Assembly: GCA_951406725.2 (NCBI GenBank)
Contig: OX597830.1
Location: 29,760,001-29,824,000 of the forward strand
Length of the DNA stretch: 64,000 bases
DNA from: Octopus vulgaris
Lineage: Eukaryota
Direction of reading: 5' to 3'
In this document: positions 42,059-54,308 of the stretch, piece after piece
Position numbering within the stretch: position 1 is the first letter of the stretch
Layout of the letters: every line of letters starts with the position of its first letter
Made by a program: the position numbers and the translations under genes
The notes under the pieces: generated by a model
What the model was told of the DNA's origin: nothing
What the model saw: the letters and a program-made list of their open reading frames with translations, nothing else
The model's database searches: none

Positions 42059-42862
42059 TATATATGTGTGTGTATATACGTATATATATATATATATCGG
42101 TATGTTTTGAGAGGGAGAGAGGGTAAAGTTTATAGACTGATATCAATTAAGTACCTTTGCTATAGCTAATCCCCTTCAGCAATAGCTAATATTCGAACCC
42201 TGGACCGTTGGACACTTCGGCTAAAATCCTGTCGACTGGGCTCTGCAAATATCTCAAAATATAAATTTACATTGTTAGTCCAGCTACATCGCCTTTTTTT
42301 GACACCAACAACCAAAGATGAGTTGATTTTTCTGCTCTTAGTCTCCTCATTTTGGTACGTTTTTTTTTTTTTGCAATCTTCATCTGCTGTGACATCATAT
42401 TAGAATTACTCTCTGACGAAATAAGCCGTCATCTAATTGCACTCCAAATTAATGAGATACATTGCGGAAGATAACTACCAAGCAGCCATCTAATATCCTG
42501 TTATATTCTCATTAATATAAGTATCTCAGCACTCAAGGGAGTGACCAACGGAATTTACGATTAAATTCCTCTAATAATAGTGATGTGCAAATGAGAAGAC
42601 ACATACACACACATACACATACACACACAAACTAACAAACACGAACTTAGGAAAACAGCTCATACAGACAGCAATGCACTCTTACATAATGGTACATATA
42701 TACATATGTATATATGTATATATATATATTTCTGTCTGTGTATATATTTCTTTATACGTATCCAAATGTGTGTATATATATATATATATGTATATTTATA
42801 TATATATATATATATACACATATATACATATCTATATATACATATACATATATATATGTGTC

Positions 42863-42919
<57 letters not shown>

Positions 42920-42960
42920 ATATACATATCTATATATACATATACATATATATATATGTA

Positions 42961-43005
<45 letters not shown>

Positions 43006-43450
43006 TTACATATATATACGCGCACACATTAGACATACACTGATGCAACAGATACAAGCATACAATCTGTCTCACACTCATAAACCCTCACACGGATATA
43101 CATCAAAGAATTGACGATTGTCATATAATTAGCCCTTTTAAGTCGTGTGGTGTTTTAACCTCCATGACCTTTGCTAACAATTTTGTATACAGCTAACGTT
43201 ACTGTTTTCTTTATCTTTAATTTGCAGACGTGAGTGGACACAAACTCCCGCCCCATAGATTACTATTTGCCTCTCTTCCATCATTCTGTCTCGACGTTGA
43301 GATTTTACTATACAAATCCACTAGAAAGTAGATTGCATGCAACGCAAATTTAATTAGTATTCAGAGATGACTTTTCGTCAGTTATCGCCATTCGTACTTA
43401 CGTAAAAGGCTTCACGTCCACGACGAGGAAGTGGGATGGCGTTGTGTGCT

Positions 43451-43487
<37 letters not shown>

Positions 43488-43785
43488 AAGAAACTGAAAA
43501 ATCTAAACTTAAATAATGAATAGAAGTAAATTAGTTTGGAATGGTCGTGTCTCGCTACCGTGGAACAATTCATAGTTGTGCCCCACCCCAAACTTTGTTG
43601 CCGTGAAATATACTTTTAATAGATTGTTTGTCCCCTTTTGTGTTTGTAGCTGTATTCGTACATCCGCGCATACATACACAAACACACATATACATATAGT
43701 TACGTATAGATATAGATCTTTCTCCCTTTCCCTCTCTCTGTCTCTCTCTGCATATATATATATATATATATATATATTTATTTGC

Positions 43786-43902
<117 letters not shown>

Positions 43903-44110
43903 AAGTTAATCCAAACAAGAAAACACAGAAAAATACAGCAACGCGAGGACGTGGAACAATTAAAGTATTATTTGACGCTCAGGAAAGAAGGGAAGGAGGG
44001 TTTAACGTTTCGAGGGGAGCTCTTCGTCGAAACAAAGGAGAAGGAAAGATCCCGAGAAGGGAAGACAGAGGAAAAACATTTTTTGGCTGGTGGTGCTCAA
44101 GAGATCACAT
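43903..44110 (-). mobile_element. PLE-pLTR-like element nested in (TA)n with minimal HHR motif (44000-44033)
   Basis: Minus strand GTTT-CGACGA-A-GAGC-TCC-CCTC-GAAA-CGTT-AAAC. Homologous to 21443-21640. Confidence 0.8.
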
Positions 44111-44257
44111 AAACATATATGTATATATATACATATATATATATATATACATATATACATATATATACATATATATATACACACACATAAATATATTTAT
44201 CTATTTATCTATCTGTCTATATATATGTAGATATATATATACATATATATACATATA

Positions 44258-44558
44258 TCTATTATATAAAATCCGTTCTGTCTCTGTGTGTGTCATCTAG
44301 GATCTTGGGCATCCTCCATCCGATTGCGCTCAAACTTGATATGTAGATACCGACGGTATCAGGGCGTGTATAACTCTTGACAAAATTACAAAAATCGATT
44401 CCAGGTGAGAATGCGATCGATAAAGCTGTGGGAACGTGCATTTGTACGCGCAAGTACATCAGCTGTTGCGATCGATACTACGTGTACGCGAGAAAAATGC
44501 ACGTGTTTAAATGTTTGACAACTCAGCACGGTCTATTGGATAGGGAGCGTTTTGCTCG
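44258..44558 (+). mobile_element. Non-autonomous Helitron (family H1)
   Basis: A|TCTATTATATAAAA start, 3' hairpin remnant, ...TTTGCTCG|T end, no TSD. Homologous to 49146 and 51993. Confidence 0.8.
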
Positions 44559-44664
44559 TATATATATATACACACACACTCACATATCTATATATACATA
44601 TATATACACACACACATATATATGCATATGTGCGCGTGTGTGTGTGTGTGTGTATGTATGCATG

Positions 44665-44890
44665 AGCGTGATTTACTGATTAGGGTGTTGGACTCGCAAG
44701 ATTTATCGTTTGATTGTGATTTCGATTCCTGGACCGAGTGACGCCTTGTGCTTTTAAGCAAAACTCTCCACATCACCTTGCTCCAGTTATTTAGTGAGCA
44801 AAAATGAGTAATTCTGCGACGTTCCAGCGTCCCATCCTGGTGAGAAATATATACGTCACTGAAACCGGGTAATAAGCCCTATGAAACTAT
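44665..44890 (+). mobile_element. Degenerate SINE (D-like body, tail type 2)
   Basis: TTCGATTCCTGGACCG B-box region, TTGCTCCAG..GAGTAA..CTGCGAC..TACGTCACTGAAACCGGG. Confidence 0.55.
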
Positions 44891-45010
44891 TTAAAATGGT
44901 CAGGATCTTTGTCTTATCTGTCAGTCTATCTGCCTATCCGTGTGTGTGTTTGTACGCAAGTGCACATATACACACACACACACAAACGCACGCACACACA
45001 CACACAGAGG

Positions 45011-45050
<40 letters not shown>

Positions 45051-45252
45051 CACACACAGATATATATAGATAGAGTAGAGAACGAGAAAAAATATAACGG
45101 ACAAAAACTTAGGCATTATGTGGTATTTCTCAATATTTAGAAAACCGGAATTCAAAGTGCATTGCTGCAACATTTCGGTTTTAAATGTTGTAATTTTTAG
45201 TATTTTTATCTTATTGTTTGTCTATAGGTATCCTTTTAACATGACTACCATA

Positions 45253-45610
45253 GTGGTACTCCGTCGGTTACGACGACGAGGGCTCAGGTTGATCCGATCA
45301 ACTGAACCGCCTGCTCGTGAAATTAACGTGCAAGTGGCTAAGCACTCCACAGACACGTGTCTTCGGGGAAATTCAATGTGAGACAGAGTGTGACAAGGTT
45401 GGCCTTTTAAATACAGGCAGAACAGAAACAGGAAGAAAGAGTGAGAGGAATTTGTGGTAAAAGAGGACAGCAGGGGTCACCACCATCCCCTGCCGGAGCC
45501 ACGTGGATCTTTTAAGTGTTTTTGCTCAATACACATTAACAACGGCCGGTCTAGTAATCGAAACTGCGACCGCTAGTCCGCTTCCCTAGCCACTGGGCCA
45601 TTGTGCCTCC
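45253..45610 (-). mobile_element. SINE family C with tail type 3
   Basis: Head and body as 4112. Tail ..ACACGTGTCTGTGGAGTGCTTAGCCACTTGCACGTTAATTTCACGAGCAGG..GTCGTAACCGACGGAGTACC. Confidence 0.8.
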
Positions 45611-45695
45611 ACACAAGACTAATACCATAATGAAGGAATGAAATTTAACATTAATCTTCTAAATTACTATTGAGCAGGTACTTTTTTTTCCACAC

Positions 45696-46213
45696 CAGGG
45701 TTGTCCGGAAAGTTCATGCCGATTTTTAAAAGAAAAGTAAAAGGTCAATAAATACTTTCCATCTTTCCTTTAACTTGAAAATACCCTCTTCCCAGAATTG
45801 AGGTGGTTTCATGGCAAATAATTTATCAAGGTCTCTTTTTACGTCACCCAAGGAGTTGAAATTTTTACCATTAAGACTATTCTGCAGAGACCTGTGAATA
45901 AGTGGAAATCTAAAGGAGCAACATCCGGTGAATATGGAGGGAGGGGGAACAAATCCCAGGCGAGCTGCAGCAATTTTTGTCTGATTCCCAATGCATCAAG
46001 TGCTGAAAAGGAAATTTCTTATCTTCCATTTTAAAGGGTTACAGAATTAACACAGGTTATAGGAACATAAACCTTCTCCCACGAAACGAGAGCTTAAAAA
46101 CTGTGCTCTAAATGGAGGTTTAGTCAAATCCTATTTTATGGACTCAACCATGTTCTAAAATAAGTCGAAAGGTAAGCTGCTATAAATCGGCACGAACTTT
46201 CCGGACAACCCAA
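45696..46213 (-). mobile_element. Internally deleted mariner
   Basis: TIR GGGTTGTCCGGAAAGTTC(A/G)TGCCGATTT at both ends, TA at the right. Minus strand retains MEDKKFPFQHL and WDLFPLPPYSPDVAPLDFH (YSPDLAP motif) plus the C-terminus. Confidence 0.9.
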
Positions 46214-46363
46214 TATAATCAACACTAAAGAGCCATCAAATCAATCTGATTTACAGCATTTACATTCGTTAATTACGAGCTACGATAGGTTGAAGGACTC
46301 TTTCAGGATTTAAGATAAAGAATTTCGGAACTATGGGCGAAAAAAAAAAAAAAGAAAGCAAAA

Positions 46364-46828
46364 GGCGCAGGAGTGGCTGTGTGGTAAGTAGCTTGCTAAC
46401 CAACCACATGGTTCCGGGTTCAGTCCCACTGCGCGGCATCTTGGGCAAGTGTCTTCTGCTATAGCTCCGGGCCGACCAATGCCTTGTGAGTGGATTTGGT
46501 AGACGGAAACTGAAAGAAGCCTGTCGTGTATATGTATATATATATGTATGTGTGTGTGTTTGTGTGTCTGTGTTTGTCCCCCTCGACAACCGATGCTTGA
46601 CAACCGATGCTGGTGTGTTTATGTCCCCGTTACTTAGCGGTTCGGCAAAAGAGACCGATAATATAAGTACTGGGCTTACAAAGAATAAGTCCGATAGAAT
46701 AAGTACTGGGCTTACAAAAGAATAAGTCCCGGGGTCGAGTTGCTCGATTAAAGGCGGTGCTCCAGCATGGCCGCAGTCAAATGACTGAAACAAGTAAAAG
46801 AGTAAGAGTAAAGAGTAAAGAGTAAAAG
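46364..46828 (+). mobile_element. SINE family B, full length, young
   Basis: GGCGCAGGAGTGGCTGTGTGGTAAG head, GGTTCAGTCCC B-box-like motif, internal (TA/TG)n, ~36-bp internal duplication at ~46655-46728, (GAGTAAA)n tail. Confidence 0.9.
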
Positions 46829-47250
46829 AAAGGAAAGCGGTCAATATTTCAGTTAGGAGCTCACAACCGAAATAATGTAACTGTACGACGCAGAAATAAT
46901 GGAAGAACAATTTTCTATCGATGATTCCTTCTCGTAGACATTATCTTCACGCTCCAAATTCCGTGTCCCATATATGCATGGTTTATGTACGGATGGATGT
47001 ATGAATATTTATATGTATTGTATGCATGTATGTATATGTGGTATGTATCCATGTGTATGTGTGTGAATATGAGGAAATATGAGAGTAAATGTATGTTAGC
47101 ATTATCGATATTATTTTTAACATTTTGTCTCCTTATTTTTCTGCTGCACCACTCTGTTCCTATAGTGTGTGTATTATGGATTTTAAAGGTTGTAGAACTG
47201 TGCTTATATAACTACACACTATTTCCTGTCTTAATATTTTAGCAATTTAA

Positions 47251-48470
47251 GGCGGCGAGCCGGCAGAAACGTTAGCACGCCGGGCGAAATGCCTAGCGGT
47301 ATTTCGTCTGCCGCTACATTCTGAGTTCAAATTCCGCCGAGGTCGACTTTGCCTTTCATCCTTTCGGGGTCGATAAATTAAGTACCAGTTACGCACTGGG
47401 GTCGATGTAATCGACTTAATACCTACGTCTGTCCTTGTTTGTCTCATCTATGCTTAGCCCATTGTGGGTAATAAAGAAATAGGTATTTCGTCTGCTGCTA
47501 CGTTCTGAGTTCAAATTCCGCCGAATGTCGACTTTGCCTTTCATGCTTTCGGGATCGATTAAATAAGTACCAGTTACGCACTGGGGTCGATATAATCGAC
47601 TTAATCCTTTTGTCTGTCCTTGTTTGTCCCGTCTGTGGGTACTAAAGAAATTGGTATTTTGTCTGTCTTTATGTTCTGAGTTCAAATTTCGCCGAGGTCG
47701 ACTTTACCTTTCATCCTTTCGGAGTCGATAAATTAAGTACTAGTTGAATACTGATGTCAGTCTAATCGACTGGCTCCCTCCCTCAAAATTTCGGGCCTTA
47801 AGCCTAGAGTAGAAAAGAAAAGAATATTTTAGTAATTTGAGGCGGCGAGCACACCGGGCGAAGTGCTTAGCAGTTTTTCGCCTGTCTTTACCTTCCGAGT
47901 TCAAATTCCGCCGAGGTCGACTTCGTCTTTTATCCTTTCAGGGTCGGTAAATTAAGTAGCCGTTGCGTACTGGGATCAATCTAATCGACTGGCTCCCGCC
48001 CTCAAAATTTCGGGCCTTGTGCCTGAAAAGAATATTTTAGTAATTTAAGGCAGCAAGCTGGCAGAAACGTTAGCACGCCAGGCGAAATGCTTAACAGTAT
48101 TTCACCTGTCTTTACGTTCTGAGTTCAAATTTCGCCGTGCTTGACTTTGCCCTGCATCCTTTCAGGTTCGATAAATTGAGTAGCCGTTCGGTACGGGATC
48201 AATTTAATCGACTGGCCCCCTCTCCAAAAATTTCAGGCCTTGTGCCTAGAGTAGAAAAGAATATTCCAGTAACTTGTAAGGCGGCGAGCTGACAGAGTCA
48301 TCAGAGCACGGGGACTTTACGTTCTGATTTCAAATTCTGCCGAGGTCAACTTTGCCCCTCATCTTTTGGGCTCGATAAAATAATTACCAGTTGAGCACCG
48401 GGGTGAATATAATCAACTTATCCCACTGCCTCTAAAACTGCTGGCCGTGTGCCAAAATTTAAAATGAATA
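47251..48470 (+). mobile_element. Tandem cluster of four family-A SINEs (starts 47251, 47841, 48049, 48280); the first has three bodies
   Basis: Repeated heads GGC(G/A)GC(G/A)AGC and GAGTTCAAAT..GTCGACTTTGCCTTTCATCC bodies. Confidence 0.9.
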
Positions 48471-48769
48471 CTTGAGTGTCTTGTCTGCTCTATAGCATGT
48501 AGGATATTTTATCTTGTAGGATGACGTTCGCATTACGTATGTCCTGATAGATTTGGTTTGTATATCTTTGTGTCGATAGTGATTTCAAAGTGCAGAGTCT
48601 CTATGGGCCACGGTGCTCACGTACATGTCAAGGGGCGGCATGTTTTACAACATACAATTTTTCAACAAAAATTTTCATATGGGTTCTCTAGTATTAAGTA
48701 AAAATATTTTAAAACCTTGTTCTTGCACATCGATAGTTCTATTTTTATCATTTTAATCATTGATTACAA

Positions 48770-48975
48770 ACATTAGCTCAAGGCAAGCAATATCGGGAGG
48801 GAAGTAAATCGATTCCATTGATTCCAGTGCTCGACTAATAATTATTTTATCGACCTTAAAATATGAAAAGCAAAAGTTGACTTCAGCGGAATTTGAACTC
48901 AAAACATAAGGACAGGCGAAATGACGCAAAATATTTTATTCAGTATGCTATCGCCTTTGCCTGCTCGCTGCCTTT
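48770..48975 (-). mobile_element. SINE family A, degenerate
   Basis: GTTGACTTCAGCGGAATTTGAACTC..CTGCTCGCTGCCTT. Confidence 0.7.
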
Positions 48976-49145
48976 ATCTATTAACCAATTATTAATTATT
49001 TTTAGTTTTAAGAAACTTTTGGTTCCTATTTTTAAAGCCAAGACAGTCACAGGCCGCACTTATGTTTGAAAAGAGTTGCATGCACCCCGCAGGCCGCGGG
49101 TTTGGCCATCTTGATGTAAATTATATCCTGTTGCATTATCTTATA

Positions 49146-49938
49146 TCTATTATATAAAACCCGTTCTGTCTGTGTATGTGTGTATGTGTCTTCTAGAATC
49201 TCGGGCATCATTCATCCGATTGCGCTCAAATTTGATATGTAGATACCGACGGTATAAAGGCGGTGAGCTGGCAGAAACGTTAGCACGCCGGGCGAAATGC
49301 TTAGCGGTAATTCGTCTGCGTTACGATGTGAGTTCAAATTCCGCCGAGGTCGACTTTGCCATTCATTCTTTCGGGGTCGATAAATTAAGTACCAATTACG
49401 CACTGGGGTCGATATAATCAACTTAATACCTATGTCTGTCCTTGTTTGTCCCCTCTGTGTTTAGCCTCTTGTGGGTAATAAAGGAATAGGTATCAGGGCG
49501 TATAAATCTTGCAAAAATTACAAAAATCGATTCCAGGTGAGAATGCGATCGATAAAGCCGTTTTTGTCCTGCTCTTCTTCTGTACATAACTGCACCTTCT
49601 ATTTTTTGTTGGTTTTGTACTGCTTAAAGGCACGTTTCTTTCCTGCCAAGCTTACTGTTTAAACCATGTTTGTGTTCTCCCACTCAACAGCCTTATCATT
49701 ACTGGTACTTTAAACTCTCCGGTCGGTTGCATATTTGTATGAATAAAATCGTTTTTCTTTGGAATAGAAAATTGTCTATCTTTATTTCTTCTTTAGCTGT
49801 TGTCTCAAATTTAGGTTAAGTAAGTGTTTCTCAAAGAGGAGGCCTATGGGACAGTCGGACAAGTTGTTTTGAGAAAATTTGGTTTAAAATATTTTGACAA
49901 CTCAGCACCGTCCATTGGACGGGGGGGCGTTTTGCTCG
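49146..49938 (+). mobile_element. Non-autonomous Helitron (H1) interrupted by a family-A SINE
   Basis: A|TCTATTATATAAAA ... CCGTCCA-T-TGGACGG hairpin ... TTTGCTCG|T. Confidence 0.85.
49259..49488 (+). mobile_element. SINE family A inserted in Helitron H1
   Basis: The empty site ACCGACGGTATCAGGGCG is seen at ~44349. GGTAT flanks both sides of the insertion. Confidence 0.9.
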
Positions 49939-50024
49939 TAATATATAAACCGGTATTGTTGATTGTTGATGTTATATGATGTCATGTACTGATTACATAA
50001 CAGATCCGTTCTATTTTATATGTG

Positions 50025-50224
50025 GGTTTGAAATCTTGGCGCAAAGCGAACACATTCGCGGGAGGCTCTAAGTCAGTTGATTCGACCTTAGTGCTCAACT
50101 GGTACTCGAAAGGATGACAGGCAGTAGCGATCACGATATCGTTTGAACTAATTACATAATGTCAGAAGAAATGTTGCTGAGCATTCTGACCTGCTCGGTA
50201 AAGGTTTTACCAGCTCGCCGCCTT
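50025..50224 (-). mobile_element. SINE family A, degenerate
   Basis: GTGCTCAACTGGTACT..GAAAGGATGA..CAGCTCGCCGCCTT. Confidence 0.7.
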
Positions 50225-51992
50225 CCTATTCTATTGTATTAACGTGTGTTGATTAACTACACAGTACCTTTTGTATTTGATAGTGATTCTCTTCGACATG
50301 CCTTGAGTGAGTTGTGTTATTTTGTTGCATTATCGTAGAATGATTTTAAACGATGAGAGCTGTGTGTACACAGCGTTATCGATAGGTTTGCGTAGGGCTG
50401 AGTTTCCGCGTAGAGCTGAGTAAGTCAAATATATGTACAGCATGCAATGTTCTGAGTCTTAGAAAGTTTTAAACCATACTTAATGTTTCAGTTCTAATGG
50501 GCAATATTTCCAGTTACTTATTTCGAAAGAAACGATTATTATTTATTTCTTGCTATCATCATAACATAACCAGTTCTCCTTTAGTTGCTTCTAGTATATT
50601 CCTCGTCCCACTGTTGTCATTTTGTATTAGTTTTGTATGTCTATCATACTCGGTTTTCTTTTTGTGCGAAGAAGATATTTTCTATCTATAATAGCTTTGA
50701 GATTCTGGCTTCAGAACTCGGATAATAATTTCGTTGCTTTCCATGTAATCTCGTCAGTTCACTTAACTTTTAGTTTATCACCTCGAAGCTAGAGTTTATA
50801 ACTCAGATGGCAGCGTATTACTTTCTGTTCTCCAACATTTATCTTTGCGTTCAGCTTTGACTATAAGTCTCAGACCTCAGTTTCTATTTTTCTAATTTTC
50901 TATTTCACTTTTATATTTTGCATGCTATTATTTTAATCCCACCTTGCGAATTTGTATGGGTGGTTCTAGTCTAATTCTCTGGTTTTGTCGTTGACATCTA
51001 ATTCAAAGTTCTTCGTTTTAGTTAATATATCCCTTCCCGTTGTAGCTTTAGGAAAATCGTCTTATCTCGTAGTTACTGTTGCGTCTTGGCTATATTTAGG
51101 AGAATTGTTTATTGGTTTGATGGGATCTTTTACAGTTCTTCCATAACATCTATGAACATTGATGTTATTCATACGATTTCATAACCGAGTCAGAACTAGG
51201 CAAATTATTTTAAGCCAAACTAATTCTCCAGAGAACTTTATTCTTTTTTTATGGGTATAGAGCTCATTTTCGTGTATAATGAACTTCAAGTTTCCAAAAT
51301 GTAAACATATCTTTGACCAATAAATCGTAAAAATCCTTCGCTAGCTGCAGTTTCGATTGGGAATATGAATGAACATGTCAAACCTGAAGATGGTCTTCAA
51401 CAGTATAGCCCTAACTGATCGCTCTGTAAACGTCTGAAGGTGTCATGATATAATTCCGGGAATTCTTTCCTGATGAAGTAACATAAAGAAAAAAAATAAG
51501 AGAATAATATAAATTTTGTAACCATACCTTCTTAGCGCAAATTTCCAATCACTAAATTAAGCAGGATAACTTAATCTTTTATTATGCAAATGAATTAAAT
51601 CTTACTTTCCTTATTTCGTTTGCGAAAATCCTCAGGGTAAAATGCTATACAGAGAACCCAATTACTCGGGATAAACGATTACGCTACTTGAAACCCTGTC
51701 GTCAGAATTCATTTACGATTATCGGCAGCCAAGTGAATTGTTACTCAATACACTGGTAAATCAAATAAGTCATCATATGACATGATACACTAAAGTTTTA
51801 CGAGTAATTCTTGATTGATTACAGTAAAATATATCTGCTAATTATTAATAATAACGCCATAGAGTACAACGGAAAGATACGTTTTTTGTAATTCTTGTGA
51901 AATCAGTGAGACGACAGTTCCAATGAGAAACTACATGGGCATCTGATTAGGTTCGAATTTAATTTTGACAGATCTCTCAACGGAAGTCAAAA

Positions 51993-52376
51993 TCTATTAT
52001 ATAAAATCCGTTCTGTCTGTGTGTGTGTGTGTCTTGTAGGATCTCGGGCATCCTCCATCCGATTGCGCTCAAATTTGATATGTAGATACCGACGGTAACA
52101 GGGCATATATAAGCCTTGAAAAATTACAAAAAATCGATTCCAGGTAAGAATGCGATCGATAAAACCGTGGGAACGTGTATTTGTAAAATCGATTTTCTTG
52201 GAATAGAAAAAATGTCTGTCTTTATTTCTTCTTTTGCTGGTGTCTCAAATTTAGGTTAAATCAGTGTTTCTCAAAGGGGAGGCTTATGGGATGGTCGGAC
52301 AAGTTGTTTTGAGAAAATTTTGCTTAAATGTTTGACAATTCAGCACCGTCAATTGGACGGCGGGGTGTTTTGCTCG
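51993..52376 (+). mobile_element. Non-autonomous Helitron (H1)
   Basis: A|TCTATTATATAAAA ... CCGTCAATTGGACGG ... TTTGCTCG|T. Confidence 0.85.
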
Positions 52377-52797
52377 TATATAATATATATAAACCCTGAA
52401 GTGGTTCTCTCCCTTGATGAAGACTATTCATTTCTCTCTCGTCTCATTGTAATATCTCTCTCCCTCTCTCTTTCGTCTCATTGTAATCTTTCCCCCTCTC
52501 CTCCCTCTCTCTTTCGTCTCATTGTAATCTTTCCCCCTTTCCCCCCTCTCTCTTTCTTACTCCATAAGCAACTTATGAGCTGTGGCAGCATTTTCCAGTC
52601 AAATAACCATATGTTCCAAAAATAAATTTACAAAAACTATATCGAATGAAACAGCCGATATATTCTGTTTTCAGCTGCTCAATTATTATCTTGGATATAA
52701 ACGTCGTTTCTCTTTATACATTTATGTGCATCTAAATATATATGTGTGTGTGTGTAAGTGCGTATGTGCACGCGAGTGTGTATATGCATTTATATAT

Positions 52798-53005
52798 CTC
52801 TTTTACTTTTGTACTTGTTTCAGTCATTTGAATGCGGCCATGCTGGAGCACTGCCTTTAGTCGAGCAAATCGACACCAGGACTTATTCTTTGTAAACCTA
52901 ATACTTATTATATCGGTCTCTTTTGCTGAACCGCTAAGTTACGGGGACGGTTGTCAAGCGATGTTGGAGGGACAAATACAGACACACAAACACACACACA
53001 CAAAA

Positions 53006-53051
<46 letters not shown>

Positions 53052-53214
53052 GACGGGCTTTTTTTTCAGTTTCCGTCTACCAAATCCACTCACAATATTT
53101 TTGTCAGCCAGAGGCAATAGTTGAAGGCACTTACCCAAGGTGCCACGCAATGGGACTGAACACGGAACTATGTGGTTGGTAAGCAAGCTACTTACCACAC
53201 AGCCACTCCTGCAC
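52798..53214 (-). mobile_element. SINE family B, full length
   Basis: Reverse complement of 46364-46828. Confidence 0.9.
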
Positions 53215-53260
<46 letters not shown>

Positions 53261-53284
53261 TAGATAGATAGATATATCTATAGA

Positions 53285-53362
53285 AGTGTCTTCTACTATA
53301 GCCTCGGGCCGACCAAAGTTTTGTGAGTGGATTTATTTGACGGAAGCTGAAAGAAGCACGCC

Positions 53363-53426
<64 letters not shown>

Positions 53427-53632
53427 ATGTGTGTGTATATGTTTGTGTGTCTTTGTTTGTCCCCCAACGATCGATGATGGTATGTATACGTCCCCGTAAC
53501 TTAGTGGTTCAGCAAAAGAGACCGATAGAATAAGTTCTAGGTTTCCAAAGAAGCCCTAGGCTCGATTTGATCGACTAAAGACTGTGCTCCAGCATGGCCG
53601 CAGTCAAATGACTTAAACAAATAAAGCAATAG
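53285..53632 (+). mobile_element. SINE family B, 5'-truncated
   Basis: AAGTGTCTTCTACTATAGCCTCGGGCCGACC..GCTCCAGCATGGCCGCAGTCAAATGAC. Confidence 0.85.
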
Positions 53633-54308
53633 AATTGTAATTGTTGTAACTGAAAGGTGAGCAGGTGGAAGAAAGCCAATTTTCTATGAAGAATATACCG
53701 GTTGGAGTCATGCAGTTTATAACTCCTGTGTTTACTATATTATTATAACTGGCGTAGGTCAGAAGAATTGCGTCCTAGGTTCTAGGAGTTCCATATTTGT
53801 GAATTGTTATCATCGTGGAGATTTAATAAAAAATTAGGTTTTCTTTGTTTTGTGAGTGCTAACGTATGTGCTGGTGCAATATGTTTTGCATGTGCTTTAG
53901 ATGTAAATCCGTCTGTTCCTGATAAGCTACTTTATAGTTGCTTCATGGAATTCAGTTTATCTATGAATTGTCTATTTTTAGTAGTATAGGTGTTTGATAT
54001 ATTAATAGTATGTTATAGTTTTGAATGAGTTTGCCTGTTAGTTTAAAGGAAAACTTTGCAAATATATAACACTCAGGCACCGGCTCGAGTAGACATTTAC
54101 AACTTAGAAGATTGATTCAGTGAATTATACTCGTTCCACATTTGTACAATGCTAAATATATATATAACCGACAAAAGTCATAATCAAAAGAAATCATCGG
54201 GATGCACACGGTCTAAATCCAAATTCTAGTGCTGGGTCCCAAATACGCCAACCTCACTTCATCACAAATATGAGACTTGGAGAAACATTGATTATATATA
54301 TATGAAGA

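Noticed and set aside
46269-46910. 213-aa ORF and similar ORFs at 20198-21143, 38549-39310 and 52832-53198
   Set aside because: Chance reading frames through SINE copies; the same peptides recur wherever the SINE recurs.
47251-48470. Regularly repeated units suggestive of a CRISPR array or satellite
   Set aside because: Units are ~170-230-bp SINE copies with no unique spacers; eukaryotic context and no cas genes.
48585-49113. Possible hAT-type MITE (end GGCCGCGGGTTTGGCCATCTTG)
   Set aside because: A matching left TIR and 8-bp TSD could not be identified.
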